Below, one piece after another: positions 13,167-26,860 of a DNA stretch of 64,000 bases. Source of the stretch: Raillietiella orientalis (lineage: Eukaryota); NCBI GenBank assembly GCA_036172245.1, contig JAYWIR010000092.1, positions 62,001 to 126,000 on the forward strand, given 5' to 3'. How positions within the stretch are numbered: the first letter of the stretch is position 1; the number at the start of each line of letters is the position of its first letter. The notes under the pieces were generated by a model. It made no database searches. It worked only from the letters and a program-made list of their open reading frames with translations, and had not been told where the DNA came from. The position numbers and the translations under genes are program-made.

Positions 13167-13679
13167 GGGCTTTCGCTTCCTTTGCACAAACTGCAAGACC
13201 GATAGCTCATGATCTCAGAACGAGGAAGCGCCCACAGCAAATGGAAAACTTTCCTGTGATTAGACAGATTCTTCAAAAGTAGTCCGGTTTAGGTTTCTTA
13301 CTTCTCTGGCGTTTGTTACTTGGTTACTTCGGTACCATCAACGTAAAATGTAATTCATAAATAAAGAGTAGAGGCATATGAAATGAAAATTGATCTATCT
13401 CGGTAAAATCGAAGTCCAACTACATAGAAGCTTTTTTGAACAAGCTTTTTCTGCAACAACATACTTCAGAGAAATCTTTGCAGAAGAAAAAAGGAATAGA
13501 GGCTGCAAAAGAAGTCAAACGACCATATTCTCGTTGTGACAGTCTCGCAAAGTACAGAGGATTGTAGATGCATTGGCAGCGTATGCATTGGCATCATTCG
13601 TTTTCCACACAATGGAAACAGCAATGCATTCTTTTTTCTCTGCATACCCAAGATGTATTTCCTGGAAGAGCCGATCCTG

Positions 13680-13942
13680 ATGTAGCAGCCAGTGCCATTC
13701 TTACAGAGGCGAGCAATTCTGCTCCGTACATGATGATGATCCCTGATCCCTTCTCACTTTCCCACGTTTTGCATTTTTGTGTTTGTTTCCGCTTCTCCCT
13801 GCTGCCGTGGTGGACTGTAGCGCCTTGCGAAACCTTGCCTCAGAGGCTCTGTGTTTCTGCGGGCGTGGCTGGATCACTGGTTTTAAGTGTAGGGGGTTTG
13901 AGTTTGCTTGTAATAAACGCCCTGGCGAAAACCAGGTGAGAA
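13680..13942 (+). mobile_element. Short 5'-truncated family C copy (essentially the 3' UTR)
   Basis: CCCTGCTGCCGTGGTGGACTGTA...GGCTCTGTGTTTCT...GCGTGGCTGGA matches 28347-28425; ends AATAAACGCCCTGGCGAAAACCAGGTGAG. Confidence 0.8.
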
Positions 13943-14039
13943 TCGATTGCTTAATGCACTTCGGGAGCTCATTTTCAGACACATATATCCTGATTAAAGT
14001 AGTCTAAAGGGATTTGATTTTGAAGTGTAAAGCACGGTG

Positions 14040-14720
14040 GGAAGTTGAACTTTTTTGAACCTAGCGTTGAATTTGGGTGTACGGCGGCACTTTGGAAGAC
14101 CGACAGCGAGAAAATGCACGTCATTCAGCGCTTTGTCCTAGCCGGAACACAGCTACGTTCTAAAGATAGATTGAAGAATCTCAATATCAATTTCTTCACA
14201 AGATTATTCACCGTAATCTTCGCAGTAGACTCGGAATGAGTGTACTCAAATGTCTCTCACAAGGAAAACCCAACCGGAAGGAATTGTGCAGCATCGTTTC
14301 TTAAACGGTATGAGCGCCTATCAATATTCTGTTCAGTAGTGCCGAGCAAATGTTTCTGCAGGGTGCCATCGGCCTTTTTATCTGCGTGCATGTACTGAAG
14401 AGGAAAGAATTAGATTCCGTACTTTATCAAATAATGGCGCAAGTCTTCTTCAGACGTATTCCTGGTACTTCTCTTTCCGACACCCAATCAGTCGGCAGCC
14501 TGTTTACCGGTAAGAAAGGCACGTTCATGCGTGGCAAGGAGCTTTCATGGGATACTGAACTGAGCACTCCTTATTTGGAAGAAATCTTCCTTTCTCTCGC
14601 CGTAAGTGTTTAGGATCTTCTCTCGCTCCAGGATTCAGGTTTTTCCGCAAATGTTGCAGGAACTCCTCTCTTGACATATGCACCTTTGGATCTCCGCAGG
14701 CAGCCTACGTTTTCCTTTAG
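14040..14720 (+). pseudogene. Probable spliced host gene remnant, product unknown
   Basis: Two short GT-AG introns (about 14309-14361, GTATGA...TTCTGCAG; about 14602-14659, GTAAGT...TGTTGCAG) flank an open exon of about 80 codons. The upstream frame has a stop. Confidence 0.35.
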
Positions 14721-15774
14721 TTTTTTTGTATAGGTGTTCGTTAATTTTCTTTTGAGAACACTGTGCCAATTTTTGGTCATAATAAGGGACTGTCTATTTG
14801 CATTTCGAATGTGAGACAACTTCATTACCGCAAAGATATCGGTTTCCAACAAAACCACATGGGATAAAGCAATTTTGCAAGCACAAAGACACAAATTTCC
14901 AATCCCATACTATATGCATCAAAACAGGATGCACATACAGTGAAGGAGGAAAAGAATTAATGTATAGTTTGCGTATAATGGACATTCCACTTTCTAGAGA
15001 TTCTTTTAGCTAATAGTTGCTGTATCTATAAACGAATATTTGACAATTTGCCTGCTAGTTCAGTGTGCTAGCAAATGTTCCAAAAATCCTGACTCACTCC
15101 ACATTCTCAGATAAATTTTGACTTCACTGCTGTTTCACCAAGGGATCACCGCAAGGATTTCAACGTGCCTTCCTTTCGCGTCAGGCGGAGTGTCGTTAAT
15201 TGCGTTGATCGCAACGATCTCTTGCATCCGCACCATCCCCGCAGCCCGCCTTCGGTTCGAATCGTAGCCAGTTTAAGGAGAGGCCAACAGTTTAGCCGAT
15301 GATAAGGTGTCCTCATCGGCTCTGTGGCTTCATCTTTCAGAGGACGTTAAGAAGGGGATTCCCGACATTCAACATTGGTTTAAAATTAAGGAAGGACCCA
15401 AGTCAAAGATCCATGTCCACAATGGAGCACATGCAGCGCCGTCTCCTGCCTATCCAAAGGGAGAGTGCTACTGTCCCAACACTTCTGGTGCAACTTCCTT
15501 CGGAGTGCAACCTCCTGGTGCAACTTCCTTTACTTGCTTCGGAGGCATTCCGAGAAGTACGCCCGCAAACAATTCTATTTGGAGGGTCATGTGAGGTAGT
15601 AGCGTCCGCTTGTTCCCGGAACGTGCACGACTTCTTAAGCTGTTTCCTTCCTCTCATGAGACAGGACACTCCATACGATACCTTCTCTTGGCATTCCCTG
15701 GCTTCTCTTAAGGAGGGCGGCACGGCGGCAAGGGGGTGAATGATGTCTACAATTCTCTTTAGGTATCCCAAGGG

Positions 15775-18647
15775 GTGGGTTGAATTTATTTTTCAATTTT
15801 AAACATTCATATCACAATTTCCTTCACACAATATAATGCCACTTCCACTTCACTCGAAGGTCCGTAGTCAAAGTCAAAGTTCTGCATTCAGGGTGGGTTT
15901 AAAGAAGTTTGATTGCGCTTGTCGTCCTCAATCCTCTTCAGGATGAATCCGTAGGTCCAAGCTTGGAGTCGTTCACAGTTCCTGATACCAATCTGCCTGA
16001 GGATTAGTCCTTGTGGGATCTCCATGGGGGTTCCGGTTTTTCTGGCTTTCCTCATATTCCACCACCGCACAAGTATTGCGGCGATTAAGAGTGCAATGGT
16101 CATCCTCACCATAGGATTGTAACAGGGAACATTACCATCTCCCTGAAACATCCCGACGAGAATTTCCATCATACACTTGTTGATTTGTCCTATGATCCTT
16201 TTCAGGATCAGCCAGTCGCGTAGCAAAGTGAGACACGTCAAGATGTGTATTCTCGTAACGATGTCTACACATGCCGTGCAGTCTTCATCTTCCGGTCTTC
16301 CTGTGAAATGCTTGACCCTGGATCCGGTCTAGATTCCAACATGATAGAACATCAGGAGGTAGACCAGAGTGTCCGGCGGAAGGTCACTCCTCCAATCTCC
16401 AGCAGTTTAAAACGGTTTCTCCCGTTTCGATCGGCGGCTTCTGGAAGGGCACTGGTGTCTTGGGTATCCTTATCCTTAATCATTCTTCGAAGGTTCATCT
16501 TGGTTACCCTAGACCACGTGAGGTCACCATGGTTGATCCACACTTCGCGGGTCATATGAGTGAAGCTACCCACCATCATCTCTGTATACCGTAGTATACG
16601 AGTGTGATGTGGATGTTCTTTTCTTCTGAACTCCTGGATGCGTTGTAGGGTAACTCTGGACCGCTGGTAGATCCAACTTCTCGTGTCTTGGTGGACCGAA
16701 AGCATCCATGGGATCACCAGGATGGACTCCTCCTGCCAGAGTTTTCTACTTTTGGGCACGATTTTTATCTTGTGCTTTCGCACTGGCCTTTGTTTTCTTG
16801 TCCAGGTGGGTTCAATGGTTCTCCATTCCCCTATTCGACCTAGCAGCGCAGTCATCAGGCCTTTCGATTTGTTCAACAACAACGCGTAGGCCCTGTGTGC
16901 CGCGTACGGCCAGTCATCTCGGTGAGTAGCGTGCAAGCGACTTCATCTCGGAGCCGCCTTCTACCCTGGGACCACACAGTTGTTTCAGCCGGACTCTTGG
17001 TCGATAGTGTCCGCACAATGTCTTTCTCTGCAGCTTTTCTACTTTTCTGGTGTTTTGTTTGTTGAACTTGGCGAAGGCCGTTCCAAAGAGCATTTTTGGA
17101 AGGAGTACCCCATTTTTTAGATCATGTCAAAACCCAGTTGGGTGTATTTCACTGCTTCCTCAGCCGTTTTCACCAGGATTTTTTTCCACAGTAGCTTCGA
17201 CGCAGAGTCGTCGCCAATATAGACTCCCAGATACTTGTTCGTGTCCGCGGTTCTGAATCCACTCCCCGTGAGAGCAGAGAGATTCAGGATTCCGACGGGC
17301 AAAAGCTGGCTCTTCTGGGAGTTGATCATCAGGCACAGTCCATCTTCCATAAGCGTCACCACATCCAAAAACGCTTGCTGATCCCTCTTTCCTTTGATGA
17401 AGATGGAAAGATCATCCGCGTAGGCGAGATGGGTGAGCTTGTGATTGTCAATTTCCATCCCTTGTAATCTCCCAGTCTTCTCAATGGATGAAGAGAGCGC
17501 CTCCATATAGATAACAAACACCATTGGACTTAACGAGTCGCCTTGCCGGACTCCTCGTTCAGTCCGAATAGCTGCTGTTTCCAAACCGTTGATCTTTATC
17601 CGGAAACGTTAATTCCGGAGGATCATTTCCACGAAGGTACTGAAGTATTCCGGAAGTCCCAGCTTTTCCAGAAATCTTCAGCAGCATCCCATGGTCGATG
17701 GTGTCGAAGGCTTTCTCCATGTCGGTGAACGCCAGCACCAGGTTCTCGCCGACGTATCGGCTAAGTCCCACGGTGGCCTGCGCGCACTTAACATTGTCCG
17801 ACATGAAGCGTCCGGGTACCGCACATGTCTGGACGGGAGAAATCAGCCTCGACATAACTTTGCTTAGGTTGGCTCAGATCTTTGCCAACCACTTGGCATC
17901 CGAGTTAGGGATTGAGATTGGCCTCCATTGGGTGACCTGCGTTAGATCACCTCCTTTCGGCAGCAATCTCGTCCTACTCTCGTAGAAGGACTTCGGCAAT
18001 TGTCCTTCTTGGCGGAAGCAGAAAGTCAACTGATGGAATAACCGCAAGTTGGCGTGCAGGTACCGTTGATAGAAACTGATGGGAACACTGTCAGGTGCCG
18101 CCGCTACATCCTTACGTAATTCATTAAAGGCAGTCTTCACCTCTTCCACTGAAAAATCCTGCTCCAGACTGTTACGCTGGAGCTCGCCAGTCATCCTTTT
18201 CATTTGACTCAAGAAGGTATTCTGTATCGCCTGACACAGATGATCGCCCCGAAAGTGTTTCGTGTAATACCTTTCGAAGGCATCCACAATGTCCTCCGAC
18301 GTGTGTCGGCTATTGTCGTCGTATTAAATCCGAAAGATATCTGTGGCCAGATTCTTCTTCTTTAGTACGCCGACTTCCGCTTTTGTGCTATGGAAAACGT
18401 ACCGACTCTCGTACCTGTCAAAGTACTTTGAGAGGGAACGATCTTGGATGTTCAGCGCCCGGTTCGCCTCCTACCTCAATCTTCTATCTCCGAATTGCAT
18501 ATTTGCAAAGAGATGGATCGTGTGCTTCAGGCTGTCCAAGTCGTGGACTTTTCGGATCGTGGTGGTCTTCAGAATCGTCTCCAGAACTTCCTGATGACAG
18601 GGATGGTTCTCGAAACAAAGTAGAGATGCTGATGAGCGCAGCCCTGG
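15775..18647 (-). mobile_element. Family F L1/Tx1-like element: ORF2 RT, CCHC finger and 3' UTR; pseudogenised
   Basis: LLPKGGD..QWRPISIPNSD, FTDMEKAFD, GVRQGDSLSP, AYADDL, CTACVDIVTRIHILTC; AATAAA at about 15790-15785. Same family as 60631-64000. Confidence 0.92.
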
Positions 18648-19285
18648 TTTTTCACCCGGGTGAGCCAGGGCTTTTATTATTACAATTTCTTCACAATCAT
18701 AAGATAAGAAAAAATTCCACAATAAAGTCTTTTTCGTTCAAAATGTTTGTCTTTTTGGTCATCATATTTGTGTTTGTCGTACTTATGACACTTTTTCTTA
18801 CCGACCCGCAGGACGATTAGGTCCTCCACACTGGCGGAGGGGCGGGAAAAACAAAAATAATACGAAAAAAAAAAACGCCTGGGAAAGCAATGTTCTTTGG
18901 GCAAGAAGAGGGAAAGGAGGGGATCACGGTACGCCGTGACGAGGCCTGAGCATCCGGTTTCGGATGCGATCAAGTGCCGGCAAATGTTTTCGAAGTCGGC
19001 GCCAACGGCAGGCCTTCTCCAAAGTGATGGCTGCCCAGTGAATCGCATTCCTAGTGGTCCACCCTCTTCGTGACGCAGTCCCCGTGTTCAGGATTCCGCG
19101 TATGCAACAGAGAATTGCTGGTGGATGGCCTGAACCTCCCGCTACCTTAAAGCGGAAGCACCCTTCGGCAGGAGACGCTGCGCACAGGAGTTCTCTGGTG
19201 TTCTCCTGTCGTATGGCGAAGAGCAGAAATCCCGCAAAATGCGGTCGCTGGTGGCGGTTGGTGCGACGTGGGCTGGACGGCCTGA
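18648..19285 (-). mobile_element. Tx1-like 3' end abutting the F ORF2 linker
   Basis: The minus strand ends AATAAAAGCCCTGGCTCACCCGGGTGAAA and runs straight into F codons TRAALIS (cf. TKAALIS at about 63254). Confidence 0.8.
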
Positions 19286-20955
19286 ATGGATCCGCTTGGG
19301 GATCCCCAAGGCCAGGTACCTAAAGTAACTTGGCGTCCTTTGAGGGACTTCTGCCCGTCAGAAGCCTGGTCAGGTCGTCTCCAAGAAGTGATGTCGGCGA
19401 TAGGCCCGTTCCTGGAAGGCAAGTTTCACTTGCCAGAACGGGCCGCGGTTTGGAATGCCTTCGCGGTCCCCATCCTCCGCCCCTTGCTTTTTGTTTGTCA
19501 CGCCCCCGTGGAATCTAAAAAGCGGACGAAGGACCTCCTCCGCATAGCCCTTTGGGGCGAGGGGAGGCCCCGAGTCCCTTTGAAGGACTTGTGCGCTCCG
19601 CGTCGGGACAGCGGTCTCAGCATGGTGACGCTGGAACGCGTGGAAATGCAGCTGCGATGGCGAACCCTCGCCATCGCAGCAAAGATGTGGAGCACCGCTT
19701 GGTGCATTCAGGCCCGCCTCCTGGCCAGGCATGTGTCCCGCTGCGAAGGACTCGCATCGTTTCTTCTGTGCTCTGGTCGGAAGATTCGAAGATGCGGTCC
19801 ACTGCTCGGCCGCATGGCAACCCTGGCAAAGGAGAACGACTGGATGGTTTGTGGCCCCACCAATTCCCCCGCTTGGCTGGAGGAGACTGCTCGCACCTGG
19901 GCCAAGCAGAACCAGAGGTGCGAAGACCGGATGAACTACCTGCGAGTCGGCCTTTACGCCCGCTGCACCCTGGGTGAAATTCTTCAATTTCCAGCGAGTT
20001 GCACGTAAGCGGAAGGGACACCCCTTGCTACGGCGATGCCGTTCCTCCAAAGGGCGCTTCATGAAAGCCGGAAGCCGATGTGTCAAGTCTGTTGCTGTAT
20101 CGCAGGCAGAGAGAAGATGATGAGCGGCTGGACCATGGAAGAGCTGACATGTGCTACGACCCCAAGTGTCCAGCCGCGTGGATTAAGAAGATGGAACGAG
20201 CTGCTTGGCATTGGATTGCATGACCTGAAGTGGCCCCCAGTTTCACTTGGATCCAGGATTTTTCTCCTGAAGTAACAAGAATAGGCGCTTCTGTGGCTAC
20301 ATCCGGGTCTCTTCTGCAATATGCTTCCACTGGACCCTAAGAAGAGTAGATCCTGTTTGTGCAAGGTGTGGGGAGTGGAAGTCGCTACTTTCCTCCTAGT
20401 TGCCTGCTGTTCCGTTCGGATTCTTTGGAATCGTCTTGGAACGACCCTCGGGATTCCGGTTGGTGGCAACCCCAGAGACGTTTACAGTCTTCTCTTCGTG
20501 CGGGACGCCCTCAGTCCAGCCGCAGCCTTGGCAGCACTTTGCTGCATCCGTGGTATTGGGGCGGCCATAAGTGATGCCGAAAATGAAGATTGCAGCGTGA
20601 CGGACTTCATCCAGTATGCTGTTCGCTTCATGCAGAGAGCTACCGGATAGCCCCAGCTAGGAGGATTGAGGGAGCACCTAGAGGGTATCCTACTTAGGAT
20701 CGACCCTCCTCCCAGTGGAGTGTAATCGCTATTCTTCCCTCCAAAAACTGTTTTTTTTTTTTTACTGATTTATTTCTCCTTTTGTTTTTTCCCTCATTCC
20801 TTTCCTATGCCGAGGAGAGACACACCGGGCTGCGTACCGGTGTATAGGCAGTTCCGGCATTAGGTGGCCGTTAGTGGGGCCTTGTACTAAAGGTGTCCGT
20901 ACTCTTATCACGAATGAAACGTTTTTTTAATAAGCGTTCCTGAGCAACCGGTTGT
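19286..20955 (+). mobile_element. Family B-like 3' third (thumb, CCHC region, 3' UTR), degraded
   Basis: GPFLEGKFHLPER..RVPLKDLCAPRRD, colinear with 45690-47340; hairpin at 20822-20843; terminal motif at 20929. Confidence 0.9.
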
Positions 20956-21280
20956 CAAAGCCGAAACCTCTAGGAAGTTGATGGAGAAGGAACTGGTAGC
21001 AGAACTCTCATACTGAACGTTTTATTTTGTTCCAGTCAGAGAGAGTCTGCAGTTCGCAACCACGCAGAAATGCACGCAGATGTTCGCGCGCTCCTGCAAG
21101 TCGAAACCAGTCTCCCAGCAGGCGCTACGCTTCGGAGGGTGGACATCTGTCGCGAGGATGGATGTTCAGCACAAGCCGAGGGTGATCGGATAACTCCGAT
21201 GCGAGTAATAGAGGTTAGTGCGTGGCACCAGCAAGCGCTAGTAAAGCAGGAGATCCGTCGAAAATCCAAGGCGTTCCAAA
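20956..21280 (-). pseudogene. Scrambled Tx1-like ORF2 fragments
   Basis: The minus strand reads GDWFRLAGAREHLRAFLRG...KRSV.EFCYQFLLHQLPRGFG and, separately, LERLGF. Confidence 0.7.
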
Positions 21281-24200
21281 TGGCCAAAGAGGCTGTCCGA
21301 TAGGAATTAATTAAATTTGGAACCGTCTACGCGTTGTGGAAAAAGCCGACACCGTTTTGAAACTACGATCTGCTGAGTTGCGGTCTGGCTTCCGTGCAAA
21401 TCACTGTGCGGGAGAGTTGCTCCTTACCAAACAAGCTGGAGGTCAACTCCGAACCCGTTGACATCTGGTATGTTGGTAAGCCGCATTTCTGCGGGCATTG
21501 CAGCACTTCAGGTCACCTGAAAAAAAGGTGCCCCCACTTGCATTGCAAGCAATGCAAGCAACCCGGGCACACTTTTCTGGTGTTCCCGCAAAATGAAGGC
21601 CGCGTCGCATCCGCACTGAATGCGAAGAACCGCGCCGCCAAAAAATTAAGATTTCAGGCAGCCCGACAGAGAGCCGCCGCTAAAAAAGAAACTGTGCATC
21701 AGGTAAAGTTCAGCTAAGAGATCCCGGAAAACTCGGACAAGATCGGAAAGAACGGCCAGGAACCTGTATGGCAGGTAGTAATATCCAAGAGGCAGAAAAG
21801 CCTGAAAGAACCAAAAAAAAATGTCGCGAAACGCAGCGAGAATTTGCCGCGTCGCGAAAAGATCAAACGCTTCTATGTCGTCATCAAGCGCATTCCTGCG
21901 GTCGAACAGAGCGGCGAAATTGCACTCGTCGCTGCCGACTCTCGGCCCTCCTGCACATTAATGCCGGAGGATATCGACCCGGCGGTGGCGTCCGTCGTCG
22001 AACGCATGCTCGACTACGTCGCCTTTGAGCGAGCGGCGGAGGAGCTCGCTGCGTCCTTGCAGCGTCCTCCCAAATCCGCAAAAAATGCTTTAAAGAGTCC
22101 GACCTCGGTCAAGAAGTCGGAGATTCCGAACTTTGACGCAGAGGCGGAAAACACAGCCTGCGGAATCGCGGCCTCCCGCCCGAAGGTCAATCGCACGAAG
22201 AAGGCTACCCGCAAAATTATCCCGTCCGTGGAAAAGGGAAAGATAATCGAGGGAAGCGAGCGTGCGAAGAAAGTAGGGAACTCCAGGATCTCTTCGAGAG
22301 GGAACCCCACGCTGTGACTCCGGAGGAAGAGAAAGGGTGGAGTCTGTGCCCCAGGTTCAAGAAGTGCCTGATATAGCCGCGGTCCCCTTACTCGTCCCTC
22401 TCACCTGTCCCATGACAGGTGCTGCAACGCCACGTTCCCAGCCTGAATGCCGGAATTGCCTCTTGCCGCCCTCTGCGAATTGTCTGTTGGAACGTCAACG
22501 TGCTAAGCGACGACGGCAATAGAGGATACGTGGCGTCCACCCTGGCATAGTTCGACCTGGTGCTGCTGCAAGAGATCCACGTGATCTCCGCAGACCAAGC
22601 AACGGAGATCGAGCGTATTTCGGGTGGACTCATGCTGTGGCGTTGCGGCACCGTTAAATCTTGCGGTGTCGCTTTCCAGCTTCGGCCAGCTGTCGAGGCT
22701 GCAACAAACGGCGCATGGTTCCATAGTGCCGGTCGCGTCGGGCAGTTGTCCATCAGGAGGTCCGACTCCATCGATCCGGCCATTACCAACCTGTACGCCC
22801 CAATTGGCAGCGACGCGCTAAGGGCGAAGGCAAGGAGAGATTTCTTCCTTACCCTGGAGCGCGAATATCTGGACGAAGCGGAAGTGCGCAGAGCGCACCT
22901 AATCGCAAGTGACTTTAACCTGCGCCTGGTGTCAGGTGCGTCCGACACACTTTTGGACCGCGTGAACGAGCTGTGCGCAGAGATGCACACGCACAACTTG
23001 TTCGCGGGAGATTCGGAAATGGCCTACAGCATAGATCACGTGTTTCTTGACCAGCACCTATGCTCATGCGTGGGCAGGCGCGGCAAGTCACCGTCGTAAC
23101 TGTCGGACTATGACCGGATCGTACTTGAAATAGACCAACGCGATAGGGGTCCCCCGTCATCTGCGTGGAGCTTACCGCGGGACTGGCTGAAACTTCCGGA
23201 AGTCGCGGAGCATCTCCGCAAATTGATACTAGGTTTCAGCTTGCAGACGCTTCAGGACTGGTACCGCTTCGAGCGCTCGGTCCGGAATTTTTCCGACTAG
23301 TTTCCTATGAACCTTCTACCTGCAGGGTAATGTGAAACTGTGCGTAACGAAAGATGGTATTTGCAAGCTTGATGTTACGCCTAACACCACACGTAGCCAG
23401 GCTAGCCGAATACCGTGAGGGAACCTAGAGGCAGGCGTGGCAATGAGGTTCGGCCAGCTTACTGGACGACCAGGGCTCGGAGCAATAGGCCCCCGTCGAG
23501 GTAAAAGGCTTCTTAAAAAAATTCTACTCCTCCCTGTACGCGCGCGCTCCACCGAAACGGGATGTCTTGCGACTTCTTTTCCTGGAAGGTGCTCCGGCGA
23601 TCAAGGAGGAAGATAGAAGAACCCTCGACGAGCCTTTCAGGATATGCGAGATCATCTCGTCCATCGGAAAGCTTAAGAGGCGGAAGGCTCAAGGGGAGGA
23701 CGGCCTGCCAGCGGAATTTTTTTAATGTTTCGCGGCAGAGCTCATTCCTCTGGTGAAGAAACTCACCTTGCTGATCCGCGAAACGGGAGACGTCCCCGCC
23801 TCGTTTCGTTCGGCAAAGGTGCGTCTCCTCCCTTAGGGAGGAGACCTTCGGAGCATGAGCAACTGGCGGCCGATTACCGTGATCAACGCGGACCCCAAGT
23901 TGCTGGCGAAATCGTGGGCTGAACGCCTGGGGCGGTTAGCGGAAAGCTTCATTAGCCCGGAGCAGACATATGCTGTTCCCGGGCGGAGCATGGATACTAA
24001 CCTGTTCCTCGCCTGCACCTTTTTCGCGCTCCAACAGGAAAGGGTCAGGATGGGCAACCGGACTTCCGGAATGTCCGCCGCTAGGAAACGGGATGGTTGA
24101 GGGGGGGGAGGGAGCCCTCGCAGTCGCAGTCGATTTGCATAAAGCATTCGACTGTGTCGACCAGAGGCTGCTCATGGAGCTTCTGGAACGCTTGGGCTTC

Positions 24201-26255
24201 CCGGTTTCTATGCTGACCTACCTGCGATCCTGCTGGCGCGACGCGCTCATCCAGATCTTTTTCAGTGGACACACCGTGCACGGCGTACCGGTGCGACGCG
24301 GCATACGGCAGGGAGACTGTCTGAGTCCCTTGCTCTTCAGTACCTACTTCGAGTTGGTACTGAGAGCGTACAGGGAAACACTAGCTCACCTGCCGCGTGA
24401 CTATCCCGGTACGCACGCAATGTCAGCATATGCGGACGACCTTCTGCTGCTTTTCCCTATGTTTACCTTTGCATCGGCGGTCGAGGAGTTCTTCGACCTG
24501 CTAAATAAGGGAACCGGGCTTGACGTGAACAGGGCGAAGTCGTCCGTCATGCCAGTCGGTGCGGCGTGGGCAGGGCAGGCGGACTGTGTCCGTTTGGGGA
24601 TCCCCACGGTACGGTACTTCAAGTACCTCGATGTACTGATGGGTGATTATCTCTCTCGGATGCGTGGTCCAGCTGCCTCCAAAAGGTAGAGACGCCGATC
24701 AGCCCTTTCCAAGGCCGCAGGTTCTTCCAGCCGGAACGGGCCGCGGTGTGCAACGCATTCGCGGCGCCCCTCCTCCGTTCCCTGCTTTTTGTTTGTCCCC
24801 CCACCACAGAAACTAAAAAGCGGACGAAGGACGTCCTACGGATTGCCCTGTTGGGTAATGGGAGGGCCCGAGTCCGGCTTGAGGACTAGAGCGCTCCGCG
24901 TCGGGACAGCGGTCTCGGCCTCCTGACGCTAGAGCGGCTGGAGATCCAGCTCCAGTTTCGGTTACTCGCCCTAGTGGCGAAATATTGGAGTAGCAGTTGG
25001 TGCGAGCCCGCACGTCTCCTCGTCGAGCAGGCTGCAGGCAAGGTGGGACTGTCATCCTTCCTCGCGCTCCGTCGGCTCTGCCAAGTCGGTCACTGCGGGT
25101 TGCAGCTACGGAGAGTGGCTGACCGGATGAGGAAGAACGCAGCATGGCTCTGCTCTCGCCCCTTAACGGACCTCCTTGGCTGCAGGAAACGGTTTAGACG
25201 TAAGCAAGGAGCAACCAGCAACGCACCCAAGAAGGGCAGAGACAATTCCTTGCACGTAGTGACCGCCTGACGCTCAGAGAGGTCCTGGAGAACCTCCGAA
25301 AACGAGCGTGGGCAAGAAAAACTCCCCTCGCTGCAATGCTGTTTCCGCTCGCGGAACATTTAAACGGCAACACGGCTGCGAAATGGGATGTTGACGTAAA
25401 AATCTCCGGTACGGAGAAAAAGTACGGGGAATGGAAAACGGGAATTCTCTGCGATACCGCGGCCCGGACTACCACTCCTATTGGACTTTTGCGTTGGGGC
25501 GAGCTGCTTAATGTTCCGCGGGAACAATTAAAATGGCCCCCGGTGCTGATGAACACCTCCACTTTCCCTTCAAAATGGCAGGAGTCGGCGCTATTGTTGC
25601 TGCATTGGGGACTCCCCTGCAACGCCCGCCGACACCATTGGACCTGGGGAGCGTTGAGCCCTCATTGTGCGAGGTGTGGAGAACGGGACTCCCTCACTCA
25701 CCTCCTTTTGGATTGTGTGGCTCTTCGGGCCCTTTGGAACCGTTTTGCGGCGGCTATCGGTATCCCCTGTGGCAACCCCAGAGACACAATTAGATCCCTC
25801 TTCGTTTGCGACGCCCTTCGGCCCTCGGCCTCGTGAGCAGCTCTGTGCTCCTTTCGCGGGATCGTCGCTGCATGGAGCAAAGCAACGGGAGGACCTCGCG
25901 ATAAGGGTGCCGTCCAGTGCGCAGCCGAACTTATGTGGACGGCGACAGGATGGACCCATCTGGATTCAACCATCCAAAAACAGCTTGCCGGCATCCTGCA
26001 AAGGATGTAACGGCCCCACAGCAGACTGTGATCCCTTCCCGTTTCCCCCAGATCTTGATTTTAAATATTTCTTTTTTTTTTCTTTTATTGTTTGTTTTGT
26101 CCTTGTTTTCTTTGTTATCGTGGTGGACCGTACCAAAATGCGGACCGGTGAAGCGGCAGGCCTTATTTCGTGTACCAGTGCTTGGCAGGACCACCAGGTC
26201 AGCCACCAGCGCTAGTTTTATTCGAAAAAATAAACGCTTCGGAGCAACCGGGAAG
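21280..26255 (+). mobile_element. Family G (C-related) Tx1-like element, 5'-truncated and pseudogenised
   Basis: Knuckles CGHCSTSGHLKKRC and CKQCKQPGH; endonuclease LLQEIH..ASDFN..IDHVF; RT VDLHKAFD, GIRQGDCLSP, AYADDL; CARCGERDSLTHLLLDC; terminal motif at 26229-26252. Confidence 0.93.
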
Positions 26256-26860
26256 AAGATAGTTCTTAAATGGCGAAGCCTCGGAGGTGTTGTCGGAGAT
26301 GCTCCGCAGCCACCGGATGCCTAATTCAATCCTCATGAATCCTCTAGTTTTGCAACGGCGGTCCGGCATGGTTAGTCGAACCGCGGCACTACCGCTGACC
26401 ATGGATGGGAAGTCCTTAAGGGTGCTTCCAAGATTCCACAGAGCATGGACCGTGGCGAATTTCGCTAACACAGTCCTCAATGCGCGGTCGGAAGTTTCCG
26501 GTTCAATGCCGTAAAGCTCCGCCACGAACGACTCATCCATGGTAGACAAGAAGACCTTCTTATCACGGATAACAAAGGGGTGCGCAGCAAGCGTTACACA
26601 ACAGCCGCGTCTTTGCGGCGCACTTTGAAATATCCCAAGCTTTTGATGGTCATAATGGCAAGAAGGTCTTCCTCCCGCACGCCAACAGGGATCAGTTCAT
26701 CGTTGAACTGATTATCGTCGGGAACAGAAAGAAATCCACTGACCTGGTAGCGGAGTGCGGGATTGTAGCCCTGGGCTACGTGAGCCGGAACCTCCGTTTC
26801 TTTGGGTAGTACCCTTTTGACGGCTACCGCGGCAGCAACGCCAGCAAAACTTCTCGCTCA
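26256..26860 (-). pseudogene. A-related ORF1 fragment joined by deletion to the ORF2 linker
   Basis: MDESFVAELYGIEPE...LAKFATVHALW...VRLTMPDRR; 26260-26320 matches the LRGFAIQEL region of A. Confidence 0.85.

Noticed and set aside
15150..15775. ORFs 15299..15739 and 15403..15771 and a 15-bp direct repeat (TGGTGCAACTTCCTT)
   Set aside because: No recognisable domain; cannot be assigned without a search.
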